Assembly (NCBI RefSeq): GCF_000011805.1
Contig: NC_006840.2
Reading direction: 5' to 3' (one strand)
Source of the DNA: Aliivibrio fischeri ES114
GTDB lineage: Bacteria > Pseudomonadota > Gammaproteobacteria > Enterobacterales > Vibrionaceae
Length of the DNA: 32,000 bases
Both the position numbers and the translations under genes were made by a program. Under the pieces are notes generated by a model. The model had not been told where the DNA came from, ran no database searches, and saw only the letters and a program-made list of their open reading frames with translations. Position 1 is the stretch's first letter, and each line of letters starts with the position of its first letter. Of this stretch, positions 10,633 to 18,812 are shown in pieces.

Positions 10633-10708
10633 TGGCTCCCTTTGCTGGACTTGAACCAGCGACATACGGATTAACAGTCCGCCGTTCTACCGACTGAACT
10701 AAAAGGGA
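10633..10708 (-). tRNA. tRNA-Asn (anticodon GTT), copy 2, CCA encoded
   Basis: The minus strand is TCCCTTTTAGTTCAGTCGGTAGAACGGCGGACTGTTAATCCGTATGTCGCTGGTTCAAGTCCAGCAAAGGGAGCCA. It differs from copy 1 only by two compensated acceptor-stem pairs and one D-loop base. Confidence 0.95.
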
Positions 10709-10724
10709 ATCATTTGAAAGCGGG

Positions 10725-10753
10725 ATATTATCTATTCTAAAAAAAACTGTCAA
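10725..10753 (-). promoter_or_regulatory. Sigma70 promoter for the tRNA-Asn pair, with a GC-rich discriminator
   Basis: The minus strand reads TTGACA (10753-10748), a 17-nt spacer, TAATAT (10730-25), then CCCGC. The tRNA 5' end follows about 16 nt later. A consensus -35, near-consensus -10 and GC discriminator are typical of stringently controlled stable-RNA promoters. Confidence 0.7.
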
Positions 10754-10861
10754 CAGTAAAAATTGAAAAAAATGAGTTCGTTTATTTTGCGGTCAACAGA
10801 ACAATTTTGAGTAAAAAAGGATTGACATCTCTCTTAAGCTAAAGAGGATAAGGGTTGTGGG

Positions 10862-10890
10862 TAGTTATCCACTAAAACTGTGGATAACTA
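10862..10890. promoter_or_regulatory. Inverted pair of DnaA-box 9-mers (11-bp perfect inverted repeat, 7-nt spacer)
   Basis: TTATCCACT at 10865-10873 matches the TTATCCACA consensus at 8/9. TGTGGATAA at 10879-10887 is a perfect 9/9 reverse box. The arms TAGTTATCCAC and GTGGATAACTA are exact reverse complements. Confidence 0.5.
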
Positions 10891-11185
10891 TGTTAATGGA
10901 TCTTTATTAACTGTCTCTAAGCATGATTAAATATAGCTTCAGCGCTTAATAAGTAAAATGAGAAATGAGAACTGGCGACAAAAATCAATAACTTACAGCT
11001 ATTATATGTTTTACTTATCAATAGCAATGATTATTCACGATAAAAATAAAGAGTAAAGTTAAATTGATTATAAATTAATCTTTTCTGGGGAAAACTTTTC
11101 TTATTTAAGAGTTTCTATAAAAAAGGGAAGGGATTTGATAGGGTAGTGTCTTATAAAAATAAGTAGGAAAGTGGAGCAGTATAAA

Positions 11186-13216
11186 ATGTCTAGTGCGTAT
11201 GAACTCGTATCTAATTATCAACCTGCGGGCGATCAACCTCAAGCGATAAAAACACTTAATGAAGGTCTTGAGAATGGGTTAGCTCATCAAACGTTATTGG
11301 GAGTTACTGGTTCAGGTAAAACATTTACTCTCGCTAATGTTATTGCTCATTCTGGTCGCCCGACGATCATTATGGCTCATAACAAAACATTAGCAGCTCA
11401 GTTATACGGTGAAATGAAAGCTTTCTTTCCAAATAACGCTGTTGAATATTTTGTTTCTTATTTTGATTATTACCAACCAGAAGCCTATGTACCAACGACG
11501 GATACATTTATAGAAAAAGACTCATCGGTTAATGAGCACATTGAGCAAATGCGTTTATCAGCAACCAAAGCATTATTAGAGCGTAAAGATGCGATTATTA
11601 TTGCTTCAGTTTCTGCAATATATGGCTTAGGTGATCCAAAAGCCTATTTGAGTATGATACTGCACTTACGCCGTGGTGACATTATTAATCAAAGAGACAT
11701 GTTGCGTCGTTTAGCCGAATTGCAATATAAGCGTAATGACATGGCTTTTGAACGAGGCACATTTCGAGTTCGTGGAGAAGTATTGGATATTTTCCCAGCA
11801 GAGTCTGAACATGAAGCCATTCGTATTGAAATGTTTGATGATGAAGTTGAGCGTATTAGTAAATTTGATCCACTAACAGGATCAATCATAACGAAAGATA
11901 TGCCACGTTGTACTATCTACCCTAAAACGCACTATGTAACCCCTCGTGAGCAGGTCTTAGATGCGATCGAAAAGATCAAAGTTGATCTTGCTATTAGACA
12001 AAAAGAATTGCTAGAAAATAACAAGCTTGTTGAAGAACAACGTATCACTCAACGGACTCAATTTGATATTGAAATGATGAACGAATTGGGTTTTTGCTCA
12101 GGTATAGAAAACTATTCACGTTATTTGAGTGGACGTCCGGAAGGTGAAGCACCACCAACCTTGTTTGATTATTTACCACAAGATGGCCTATTAATTATCG
12201 ATGAATCTCATATAACCGTTTCTCAAATTGGTGCTATGTATAAGGGTGACCGCTCACGTAAAGAGAATTTAGTTGAGTATGGATTCAGATTACCGTCAGC
12301 TTTGGATAATCGTCCGCTACGATTTGAAGAATTTGAAGCATTAGCGCCTCAGACTATTTATGTCTCAGCCACACCGGGTAAATATGAGATTGAAAAGTCA
12401 GATGGTGAAATTGCAGAGCAAGTAGTACGTCCAACTGGATTATTAGACCCTGTAATTGAAGTTCGCCCAGTAGCAACACAAGTTGATGATTTATTATCTG
12501 AGATCCGTATACGAACTAAAAATAATGAACGAGTATTAGTGACAACACTGACGAAGCGTATGGCTGAAGACTTAACGGAATATCTTGATGAGCATGGCGT
12601 AAAAGTTCGTTATTTACACTCAGATATTGATACGGTTGAGCGTGTCGAAATTATACGTGATTTACGCTTAGGTGAGTTTGATGTCCTTGTTGGTATTAAC
12701 TTACTTCGAGAAGGTCTAGACATGCCTGAGGTTTCATTGGTTGCGATTTTAGATGCAGATAAAGAAGGATTTTTACGTTCTGAACGTTCGCTAATTCAAA
12801 CGATTGGTCGCGCTGCTCGTAACTTAGAGGGTAAAGCCATTCTTTACGCTGATAAGATCACAGGTTCAATGGAAAAAGCCATTGGTGAAACAGAAAGACG
12901 CAGAGAGAAGCAACAATTACACAATGAAACGTTAGGTATTGTTCCACAAGCGCTTAAGAAAGACGTTGCCGATATTCTTGAATTGGGTGATATGACTAAA
13001 AATAAACGTAAAGTTGTTGCACCTAAGATTAAGTTATCGGAAGTTGCAGAAGAAGGCGCTAGTTACAGTGCGATGTCGCCACAGCAGTTAGAAAAGGCGA
13101 TTCAGAAGCTAGAAAGTAAGATGTATCAACATGCGAAAGACTTGGAATTTGAACAAGCGGCACAAGTTCGAGATGAGATTGATAATTTAAGAAAACAATT
13201 TATAGTGAATAGTTAG
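11186..13216 (+). CDS. uvrB: Excinuclease ABC subunit B
   Basis: Motifs seen: Walker A GVTGSGKT, the beta-hairpin region, helicase motifs ([18 protein letters not shown]) and the C-terminal UVR domain ([12 protein letters not shown]). I set the start at ATG 11186 ([21 protein letters not shown]), which is preceded by GGAG. The track uses GTG 11171. Confidence 0.95.
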   Translation: MSSAYELVSNYQPAGDQPQAIKTLNEGLENGLAHQTLLGVTGSGKTFTLANVIAHSGRPTIIMAHNKTLAAQLYGEMKAFFPNNAVEYFVSYFDYYQPEAYVPTTDTFIEKDSSVNEHIEQMRLSATKALLERKDAIIIASVSAIYGLGDPKAYLSMILHLRRGDIINQRDMLRRLAELQYKRNDMAFERGTFRVRGEVLDIFPAESEHEAIRIEMFDDEVERISKFDPLTGSIITKDMPRCTIYPKTHYVTPREQVLDAIEKIKVDLAIRQKELLENNKLVEEQRITQRTQFDIEMMNELGFCSGIENYSRYLSGRPEGEAPPTLFDYLPQDGLLIIDESHITVSQIGAMYKGDRSRKENLVEYGFRLPSALDNRPLRFEEFEALAPQTIYVSATPGKYEIEKSDGEIAEQVVRPTGLLDPVIEVRPVATQVDDLLSEIRIRTKNNERVLVTTLTKRMAEDLTEYLDEHGVKVRYLHSDIDTVERVEIIRDLRLGEFDVLVGINLLREGLDMPEVSLVAILDADKEGFLRSERSLIQTIGRAARNLEGKAILYADKITGSMEKAIGETERRREKQQLHNETLGIVPQALKKDVADILELGDMTKNKRKVVAPKIKLSEVAEEGASYSAMSPQQLEKAIQKLESKMYQHAKDLEFEQAAQVRDEIDNLRKQFIVNS

Positions 13217-13234
13217 TTATTGATTTTATAGCAG

Positions 13235-13272
13235 AAAAAAAGAAGCCAACCGCAATATCCCGGTTGGCTTTA
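13235..13272. terminator. Bidirectional rho-independent terminator shared by uvrB (+) and qrr1 (-)
   Basis: The stem AAGCCAACCG (13243-13252) pairs with CGGTTGGCTT (13261-13270) around an 8-nt loop. An A-run lies on the left (T-run for the minus strand). On the right is tattgtt. Confidence 0.85.
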
Positions 13273-13341
13273 TTGTTCATGTGAAAGTAAATTTCACTAA
13301 CAACGTCAGTTGGCTAGGTGACCCTTTGGCTTAAAGGGTCA
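13235..13341 (-). ncRNA. qrr1: Qrr1 quorum-regulatory Hfq-dependent sRNA
   Basis: The minus strand is TGACCCTTTAAGCCAAAGGGTCACCTAGCCAACTGACGTTGTTAGTGAAATTTACTTTCACATGAACAATAAAGCCAACCGGGATATTGCGGTTGGCTTCTTTTTTT. It contains the conserved Qrr core GGGTCACCTAGCCAACTGACGTTGTTAGTGAA, a 5' stem-loop and an intrinsic terminator. It lies divergent from luxO, as qrr1 does in Vibrio. Confidence 0.9.
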
Positions 13342-13351
13342 ATATACCTAT

Positions 13352-13367
13352 TGCAGGGAGCGTGCCA
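13352..13367 (-). promoter_or_regulatory. Sigma54 (-24/-12) promoter of qrr1
   Basis: The minus strand reads TGGCAC-gctcc-CTGCA, against the consensus TGGCAC-N5-TTGCW. The spacing places the transcription start at the T of TGACCC (about 13341). Confidence 0.85.
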
Positions 13368-13427
13368 ACTTTTTTACCCGTAAAAATAAGCTAAATAAGC
13401 CTAAATAGTGCGCAAAGTCATCCTTTT

Positions 13428-13474
13428 TTGCATTTTGCAAATTGCGTTTTGCGAATCCTGATTGCATAATGCAA
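13428..13474. promoter_or_regulatory. Three LuxO-type operator sites (TTGCA-N3-TGCAA) forming the qrr1 upstream activating sequence, inside the luxO 5' region
   Basis: TTGCATTTTGCAA at 13428-13440 is perfect. TTGCGTTTTGCGA at 13442-13454 is degenerate. TTGCATAATGCAA at 13462-13474 is perfect. They lie 60-110 bp upstream of the sigma54 -24 element and 36-82 bp upstream of the luxO ATG. Confidence 0.75.
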
Positions 13475-13509
13475 ATATCAACCGCATTTTTACCCTCAAG
13501 TTGGATTTG

Positions 13510-14940
13510 ATGATACAAAAAAAATATTTATTAATGGTAGAAGATACTGCTTCCGTTGCTGCGTTATATCGCTCTTATTTAAACCCGTTAGGTTTTGATA
13601 TTGATGTCGTAGCTAAAGGTGTTGAAGCCATTGAGAAAATCAAATTAAGAACCCCTGATCTTGTGTTACTAGATTTGCGCCTGCCTGACATGACAGGTTT
13701 TGATGTGTTGGCTGAAATTCGTAAAGATAACCAAAGTATTCCTGTTGTATTAATGACGGCTCATGGCTCAATTGATGCTGCAGTAGAAGCCATGCAGTTA
13801 GGGGCTCAAGATTTCTTAATCAAACCATGTGAAGCTGACCGTTTGAGGGTTACGGTAAATAACGCATTACGACGTGCACAAAAAGATCAGAAAGAATTCC
13901 AAGAGAATCCAAAAGATACCAATAAACAGTATCAAGGATTTATTGGTAGTAGCTCTCAAATGCATCAGGTTTATCGCACCATAGATTCCGCCGCACCAAG
14001 TAAAGCCACGGTATTTATTACTGGTGAATCGGGGACGGGTAAAGAGGTGTGTGCTGAAGCCATTCATGCGGCTAGTAAGCGTGGAGACGGGCCTTTCATC
14101 GCTATTAACTGTGCGGCAATTCCAAAAGATTTAATTGAAAGTGAGCTTTTTGGTCACGTTAAAGGCGCATTTACAGGTGCCTCTGTTGATCGAAAAGGTG
14201 CTGCCGAACAAGCAGATGGAGGTACGCTTTTCCTCGATGAATTATGTGAAATGGATTTGGATTTACAGACCAAATTATTGCGATTTATTCAAACTGGTAC
14301 TTTTCAAAAAGTTGGTTCTTCTAAAATGAGCCGAGTTGATGTTCGATTTGTTTGTGCTACAAACCGAGACCCTTGGCTAGAAGTACAAGCAGGCCGATTT
14401 AGAGAGGATTTATATTATCGTTTACATGTTATTCCTCTAACATTACCTCCTCTAAGAGACAGAGGAAATGATATTATTGAAATTGGTCACTCAATCCTTG
14501 GGCATTTTTCTCACGAGGAAGGTCGTGAGTTTATTACATTTAGTCCTGAGGTTGTGGATAGGTTTTTGAATTACGATTGGCCTGGAAACGTACGACAATT
14601 ACAAAATGTGATTAGGAATGTAGTCGTATTAAATAAAGGAAAAGAAGTCGAATTATCCATGCTGCCCCCTCCATTATCATTAGATAGTAAGAGTGGTGTA
14701 AATATTGCATCTAATGTATCCATAAGCGATTCAACTAAGCCTACAGAATCTATTCTGCCTAGTAATAGGATCTTAGATAGTAAAGATCAAGAAACTATTA
14801 TTCCGTTATGGCAATCTGAAAAACAGATCATTGAAAACGCAATTGAACTATGTGGTGGGAACATTCCACAAGCCGCTAAGCAATTAGAGGTTAGTCCTTC
14901 TACAATATATAGAAAACTACAGTCTTGGAATGAAAGATAA
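13510..14940 (+). CDS. luxO: Quorum-sensing response regulator LuxO (NtrC-family sigma54 activator)
   Basis: It has a receiver domain ([18 protein letters not shown]..., [11 protein letters not shown]). The AAA+ domain shows GESGTGKE, the GAFTGA sigma54-contact loop and a C-terminal HTH (PSTIYRKL). It is near-identical in blocks to V. harveyi LuxO as recalled. The start is uncertain: ATG 13510 ([12 protein letters not shown]) or ATG 13534 (MVED). The track's TTG 13462 lies inside an operator. Confidence 0.93.
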   Translation: MIQKKYLLMVEDTASVAALYRSYLNPLGFDIDVVAKGVEAIEKIKLRTPDLVLLDLRLPDMTGFDVLAEIRKDNQSIPVVLMTAHGSIDAAVEAMQLGAQDFLIKPCEADRLRVTVNNALRRAQKDQKEFQENPKDTNKQYQGFIGSSSQMHQVYRTIDSAAPSKATVFITGESGTGKEVCAEAIHAASKRGDGPFIAINCAAIPKDLIESELFGHVKGAFTGASVDRKGAAEQADGGTLFLDELCEMDLDLQTKLLRFIQTGTFQKVGSSKMSRVDVRFVCATNRDPWLEVQAGRFREDLYYRLHVIPLTLPPLRDRGNDIIEIGHSILGHFSHEEGREFITFSPEVVDRFLNYDWPGNVRQLQNVIRNVVVLNKGKEVELSMLPPPLSLDSKSGVNIASNVSISDSTKPTESILPSNRILDSKDQETIIPLWQSEKQIIENAIELCGGNIPQAAKQLEVSPSTIYRKLQSWNER

Positions 14941-15286
14941 GGGGACTATCGTGAGTCAGTATGTTAATCAAATCGCTGTAAATCAATTAATGCAGGAAGT
15001 TGGAGATGAGAATATCCCTGTGCTTTTTGGTATTTTTTGTGATGAGTTAGATGATTTTATTGGGGCGCTTAGTAGTCATCCTGAAATTGATAAAGTAAGA
15101 GAGATTAGCCATTGTCTGAAGAGTAGTGCGGGCAGTTTTGGTGCAGATAAGCTTGCAACAATGGCAATTCATATTGAAGAAAAAGCGAAGCAGAAACAAG
15201 AAAAATGGGTTGAGCGCAATATCTCTGAATTTGTAGACATTGCGCGTCAAACTGAAATGGCTTATCGAGAACTCTTACTTAAGTAA
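14930..15286 (+). CDS. luxU: Phosphorelay HPt protein LuxU
   Basis: The HPt motif [17 protein letters not shown] matches the V. harveyi ISHALKSSAASFGADRL. It follows luxO directly. ATG 14930 overlaps the luxO stop by 11 nt. The alternative start GTG 14951 has a better RBS (AAGGGG, 6-nt spacer). Confidence 0.88.
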   Translation: MKDKGTIVSQYVNQIAVNQLMQEVGDENIPVLFGIFCDELDDFIGALSSHPEIDKVREISHCLKSSAGSFGADKLATMAIHIEEKAKQKQEKWVERNISEFVDIARQTEMAYRELLLK

Positions 15287-16153
15287 ATCAATAATCGCGT
15301 CTTTTAACTTTTCTCTATCGTGTCGCCAATCATGATTTGGCGATGCGAGATCAGTCTTCTTGCAATCGTATTCTTGTTGTAATCCATTTAATTCTTTATC
15401 TGTTAGGATAATGTCTACTTTTCGCCCTGAACATGCGCGTTCACACCACTCAAGCATCATCCTATGATCCATCTTACCTGCTGGGCCAAATTCTTTAGAT
15501 AAGTTATCAATAAATACTACTTTGGCTTTCTTGTTTGAATTAATGGCTTTTCCGATACCCGGAAGTAATAGAGGTGGCATAATACTGGTTAAAAAGCTTC
15601 CAGGGCCAAGCAATATTAAATCCGCTTGTTTGACAGCATCAATGGCTTCAAGTGTTGCTGGTACTTCAGGGTCGAGAAATAAACGTAAAGGAAGTTCATC
15701 CATTTCATCGACATTGGTTTCGCCAGATATTTTACGTAAATCTGAGGTTAATGCTCCCAAGTCTGATGGATGCTCGGACATTGGAATGATATGAGTTTCA
15801 ACTTTTAGCATGTCACGAATTAGATTAATAGCATCTAATGGACGAACACTTAAGTTATCCAGCGCCGTTAGCATTAAGTTACCCAAATTGTGCCCGTGCA
15901 GCTCACCTTGACCTTTAAAGCGATACTCAAACATCATCGAACTGATTGAAGGGTCCATAATTAATTGATTGATACAGTTACGTGTATCACCCCAGGCTAT
16001 TCCGCCTTGGCATTCACGTATACGGCCTGTGGAACCACCGTTATCTGTTGTTGCAACAATTCCAGTTGCGTTGCCACCAAAGTCACTTAATGCTGCGAGA
16101 ACTCGACCTAGTCCGTGTCCGCCGCCAATAGCAACAATTTTATGTTCAATCAT
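15275..16153 (-). CDS. ybhK: YvcK/CofD-like family protein (E. coli YbhK homologue)
   Basis: 292 aa with the motifs IGGGHGLGRVL, TTDNGGSTGRIRE, IAWGDTRNCINQL and GHNLGNLMLTALD, which align closely to E. coli YbhK as recalled. It sits next to moaA as in E. coli. Confidence 0.85.
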   Translation of the reverse strand: MIEHKIVAIGGGHGLGRVLAALSDFGGNATGIVATTDNGGSTGRIRECQGGIAWGDTRNCINQLIMDPSISSMMFEYRFKGQGELHGHNLGNLMLTALDNLSVRPLDAINLIRDMLKVETHIIPMSEHPSDLGALTSDLRKISGETNVDEMDELPLRLFLDPEVPATLEAIDAVKQADLILLGPGSFLTSIMPPLLLPGIGKAINSNKKAKVVFIDNLSKEFGPAGKMDHRMMLEWCERACSGRKVDIILTDKELNGLQQEYDCKKTDLASPNHDWRHDREKLKDAIIDLLK

Positions 16154-16394
16154 AGTTTTGATACTTAATTATGTAGTGATAGTTATTAAAGTGTGCTCGA
16201 TAATGAAAATCAGGACAAGTCAGTATTAGTGAAATGATGAAGTTATCACAGAATACTTTGGTATTTATTATCGAATCGTTACCACTTTATAGATAGTTAG
16301 TCATAAATATGGGGTAAAAACGTCTGTAATAGCAAAAAAATTGGAAAAACAGATGAATATTGAGTATTTTAATAAGAGCACCAAACTGAAAATC

Positions 16395-16532
16395 AGTATG
16401 GCTGCCATAACTCCGAGCTCAAGCTACTAAGTTGTTTTTTAAGAAGCACTCAATATGTAGCGTGAGCCAGTGACAATTCGGTCACAAGGGTTTGTTTGGA
16501 AATGAACAAGCCTCCCGTGTTTGGAAAGGTGT
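16395..16532 (+). promoter_or_regulatory. Molybdenum-cofactor (Moco) riboswitch in the moaA leader
   Basis: It contains the conserved Moco-motif strings as I recall them: CTCCGAGC (16411-16418) and GCCTCCC (16510-16516), then GGAAAGG (16523-16529), which doubles as the moaA RBS. Local hairpins include TATGG-ctg-CCATA, GCTAC...GTAGC and GTGAC-aattcg-GTCAC. The boundaries are approximate. Confidence 0.6.
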
Positions 16533-16535
16533 TCC

Positions 16536-17525
16536 GTGGCGCAACAATTCGCAGATAATTTTGATCGTAAGTTCTATTACTTACGATTATCAGTTACAGA
16601 TGTCTGTAACTTTAAATGTACTTATTGCTTACCTGATGGTTATAAACCAGAAAATGGAAAGCGTGAGTCCTTCCTTGAACTTGATGAAATCGAACGTACT
16701 GTTAGTGCGTTTGCTCGTTGTGGTACGTCTAAAGTACGTATTACAGGGGGAGAACCAAGTCTTCGCAAAGATTTCACTGATATTATTCGTACTGTCGCCT
16801 CTCAGCCTGGTATTACTAAGGTTGCAACTACTACCAACGGTTATCGTATGGAAAAGCACGTTGCAGAATGGAGAGAAGCAGGATTAACCGATATTAATGT
16901 GAGTGTTGATAGTTTAAATCCACATATGTTTTACCAGATCACTGGCGAAAATAAATTTGCTGAAGTGATGGCTGGTATTGATAAAGCGCTTGAAGTTGGG
17001 TTTAAGCAAGTCAAAGTAAATACCGTATTATTAAAAGATCTCAATAGCACCGAACTTCCTTTATTTTTAAAGTGGATTCAAACTCGCCCGATTCAATTGC
17101 GTTTTATTGAATTAATGCAAACGGGTGAAATGAATGACCTATTTAAAAATCACCATCAATCTGGTGTGTCTATTCGAAATCATCTTATTGCTAATGGTTG
17201 GTTATTAAAAGCTCGTGGCGAAAGTGATGGTCCTGCGCAGGTATTTATTCATCCTGATTACGTGGGTGAAATTGGACTTATCATGCCATATGAAAAAGAT
17301 TTTTGTCAGAGCTGTAACCGACTTCGTGTGTCGGCAAAAGGCAAGTTGCATATGTGCTTATTTGGTGATTATGGTGTAGATCTTCGTGATTTATTACAGC
17401 AAGACTCTCAACAAGATGAATTAATCCAACGAATTCAAACTCAGCTAGATAATAAAGCTGAAGGCCATTTTTTACATGATGGTCACGCAGGAATGACCCC
17501 TCATTTAGCCTCAATTGGCGGATAA
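16536..17525 (+). CDS. moaA: GTP 3',8-cyclase MoaA (radical SAM)
   Basis: It carries the radical-SAM motif [10 protein letters not shown] in [24 protein letters not shown] and the C-terminal cluster [18 protein letters not shown]. It ends in GG. I set the start at GTG 16536 (VAQQFADNF...), 6 nt after GGAAAGG, by alignment to the E. coli MoaA N-terminus. The track uses TTG 16521. Confidence 0.92.
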   Translation: MAQQFADNFDRKFYYLRLSVTDVCNFKCTYCLPDGYKPENGKRESFLELDEIERTVSAFARCGTSKVRITGGEPSLRKDFTDIIRTVASQPGITKVATTTNGYRMEKHVAEWREAGLTDINVSVDSLNPHMFYQITGENKFAEVMAGIDKALEVGFKQVKVNTVLLKDLNSTELPLFLKWIQTRPIQLRFIELMQTGEMNDLFKNHHQSGVSIRNHLIANGWLLKARGESDGPAQVFIHPDYVGEIGLIMPYEKDFCQSCNRLRVSAKGKLHMCLFGDYGVDLRDLLQQDSQQDELIQRIQTQLDNKAEGHFLHDGHAGMTPHLASIGG

Positions 17526-17537
17526 TAAAGAAGAATT

Positions 17538-18017
17538 ATGTCAAATTTTACTCATATTAATGCCTCTGGTGAGGCAAACATGGTTGATGTTTCTGCGAAA
17601 CAAGAAACCGTTCGTGAAGCTCGTGCTGAAGCTTTTGTTCATATGGCTCCAGAAACGTTAGAGCTTATCGTTTCAGGCTCTCATCATAAAGGTGATGTTT
17701 TTGCTACAGCACGTATCGCTGGTATTCAAGCGGCCAAAAAAACATGGGATTTAATCCCACTTTGTCATCCTTTATTACTTTCTAAAGTTGAAGTTCAACT
17801 TGAAGCGATTGAGGCTGAAAACATGGTTCGAATCGAGTCAGTATGCAAGCTAGCAGGTAAAACAGGTGTTGAAATGGAAGCATTAACAGCGGCATCCGTT
17901 GCGGCATTAACCATTTATGACATGTGTAAAGCGGTCCAAAAAGATATGGTTATTGGTCAAGTTCGTTTATTAGAAAAAACGGGCGGTAAATCTGGACACT
18001 TTAAGGCAGACGCATGA
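17538..18017 (+). CDS. moaC: Cyclic pyranopterin monophosphate synthase MoaC
   Basis: [30 protein letters not shown]...[31 protein letters not shown] is near-identical to E. coli MoaC. Confidence 0.95.
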
Positions 18018-18259
18018 TTACAGTATTATTTTTCGCACAAACAAAAGAGTTAGTTGGCACTGATAAACTGGAACTATCTGGTGAATACGCAACGGCGGAA
18101 GCCATTCGTCAGGAATTAAGCCAAAAGGGCGATAAGTGGGATTTAGCGTTAGAAAAAGGCAAGCTGCTTGTTGCTATTAATCAAACGATTTCAAGCTTAG
18201 ATTCTACTGTTTCTGATGGCGATGAAGTTGCTTTTTTCCCACCAGTAACAGGTGGTTAA
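18014..18259 (+). CDS. moaD: Molybdopterin synthase sulfur-carrier subunit MoaD
   Basis: 81 aa with a ubiquitin-like fold signature and the C-terminal FFPPVTGG. Its ATG overlaps the moaC stop (ATGA). Confidence 0.92.
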
Positions 18260-18260
18260 T

Positions 18261-18707
18261 ATGATTTCTGTTCAAGAGCATGATTTTAATGTTGGCGATG
18301 AATATCAATTACTAGCAGAAGGTACAGCTGCTGGCGCTGTGGTTACTTTCATTGGTAAAGTTCGTGATATGAACCTAGGTGATGATGTTACAGGTCTATC
18401 CTTAGAACATTACCCTGGAATGACTGAGAAGTCTCTTAACGATATCGTGGCACAAGCTAAAGAGCGCTGGCCTCTACTTAAAGTGAAGGTAATTCATAGA
18501 GTTGGTGACTTAGAACTTGGCGATCAAATTGTATTTGTAGGTGTATCAAGTGCTCACCGTGGTGCTGCGTTTGATTCTTGTGAATTCATTATGGATTACT
18601 TGAAAACCAATGCTCCGTTCTGGAAAAAAGAACGAACAACAAAAGAAGTACGTTGGGTTGAATCTCGTGATACGGATAAAACAGCGGCAGAGCGTTGGGA
18701 AAAATAA
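18261..18707 (+). CDS. moaE: Molybdopterin synthase catalytic subunit MoaE
   Basis: GAVVTFIGKVRDMNLGD...LEHYPGMTEK...FVGVSSAHRGAAF...FIMDYLKTNAPFWKKE is typical MoaE. I set the start at ATG 18261, directly after the moaD stop. The track uses GTG 18252. Confidence 0.92.
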   Translation: MISVQEHDFNVGDEYQLLAEGTAAGAVVTFIGKVRDMNLGDDVTGLSLEHYPGMTEKSLNDIVAQAKERWPLLKVKVIHRVGDLELGDQIVFVGVSSAHRGAAFDSCEFIMDYLKTNAPFWKKERTTKEVRWVESRDTDKTAAERWEK

Positions 18708-18740
18708 ACGTATAAGAACTGAATTATATCGGTATAAAGA

Positions 18741-18776
18741 AAAAGGGAAGATAGCATAAGCTCTCTTCCCTTTTTT
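18741..18776. terminator. Bidirectional rho-independent terminator between moaE (+) and the ATP-grasp gene (-)
   Basis: aaaaGGGAAGAtagcataagctcTCTTCCCtttttt: a 7-bp stem with a T-run on the + strand and a T-rich tract on the - strand. Confidence 0.75.
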
Positions 18777-18812
18777 AATGTTATAGACCCTACAAACAAG
18801 TAGGGCTATATA

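Noticed and set aside
10747-10756. Palindrome CTGTCAACAG, superficially resembling LexA half-sites.
   Set aside because: The half-sites are 2 nt apart, not 8. The sequence is the consensus -35 (TTGACA) of the minus-strand tRNA-Asn promoter.
10878-10893. Possible LexA box CTGTGGATAACTATGT overlapping the right DnaA box upstream of uvrB.
   Set aside because: The left half (CTGT) fits, but the right half is ATGT instead of ACAG/CCAG, so the critical CAG is missing. It is better explained as part of the DnaA-box inverted repeat.
10364-11185. tRNA-Asn genes as a possible genomic-island integration site.
   Set aside because: Both flanks are core genes (rnfA, uvrB). There is no integrase, no direct repeat of the tRNA 3' end and no foreign-looking ORF. 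The 477-bp spacer is non-coding.
13462-13509. N-terminal extensions proposed by the ORF track: luxO from TTG 13462, gloA from 3652, rnfG from 5696, uvrB from GTG 11171, moaA from TTG 16521, moaE from GTG 18252.
   Set aside because: The extensions overlap upstream genes or regulatory elements (a LuxO operator, the Moco aptamer) and lack an RBS. They add residues absent from the conserved N-termini of the E. coli and Vibrio homologues as I recall them.
16154-16394. Possible ModE or FNR sites in the ybhK-moaA divergent region (for example ATCGTTACCACTTTATAGATA around 16272-16292).
   Set aside because: It resembles the ModE palindrome only in part and has no second half-site. No TTGAT-N4-ATCAA is present.
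16492-16887. 131-aa ORF overlapping the moaA 5' end in another frame.
   Set aside because: It starts inside the Moco riboswitch. It is out of frame with the radical-SAM motif-bearing MoaA frame and resembles nothing I recognise.
18788-18805. Small hairpin CCCTAC-aaacaa-GTAGGG immediately after the stop of the ATP-grasp gene.
   Set aside because: The stem is only 6 bp and no U-run follows on the minus strand. The adjacent hairpin at 18741-18776 is the more credible terminator for both strands.
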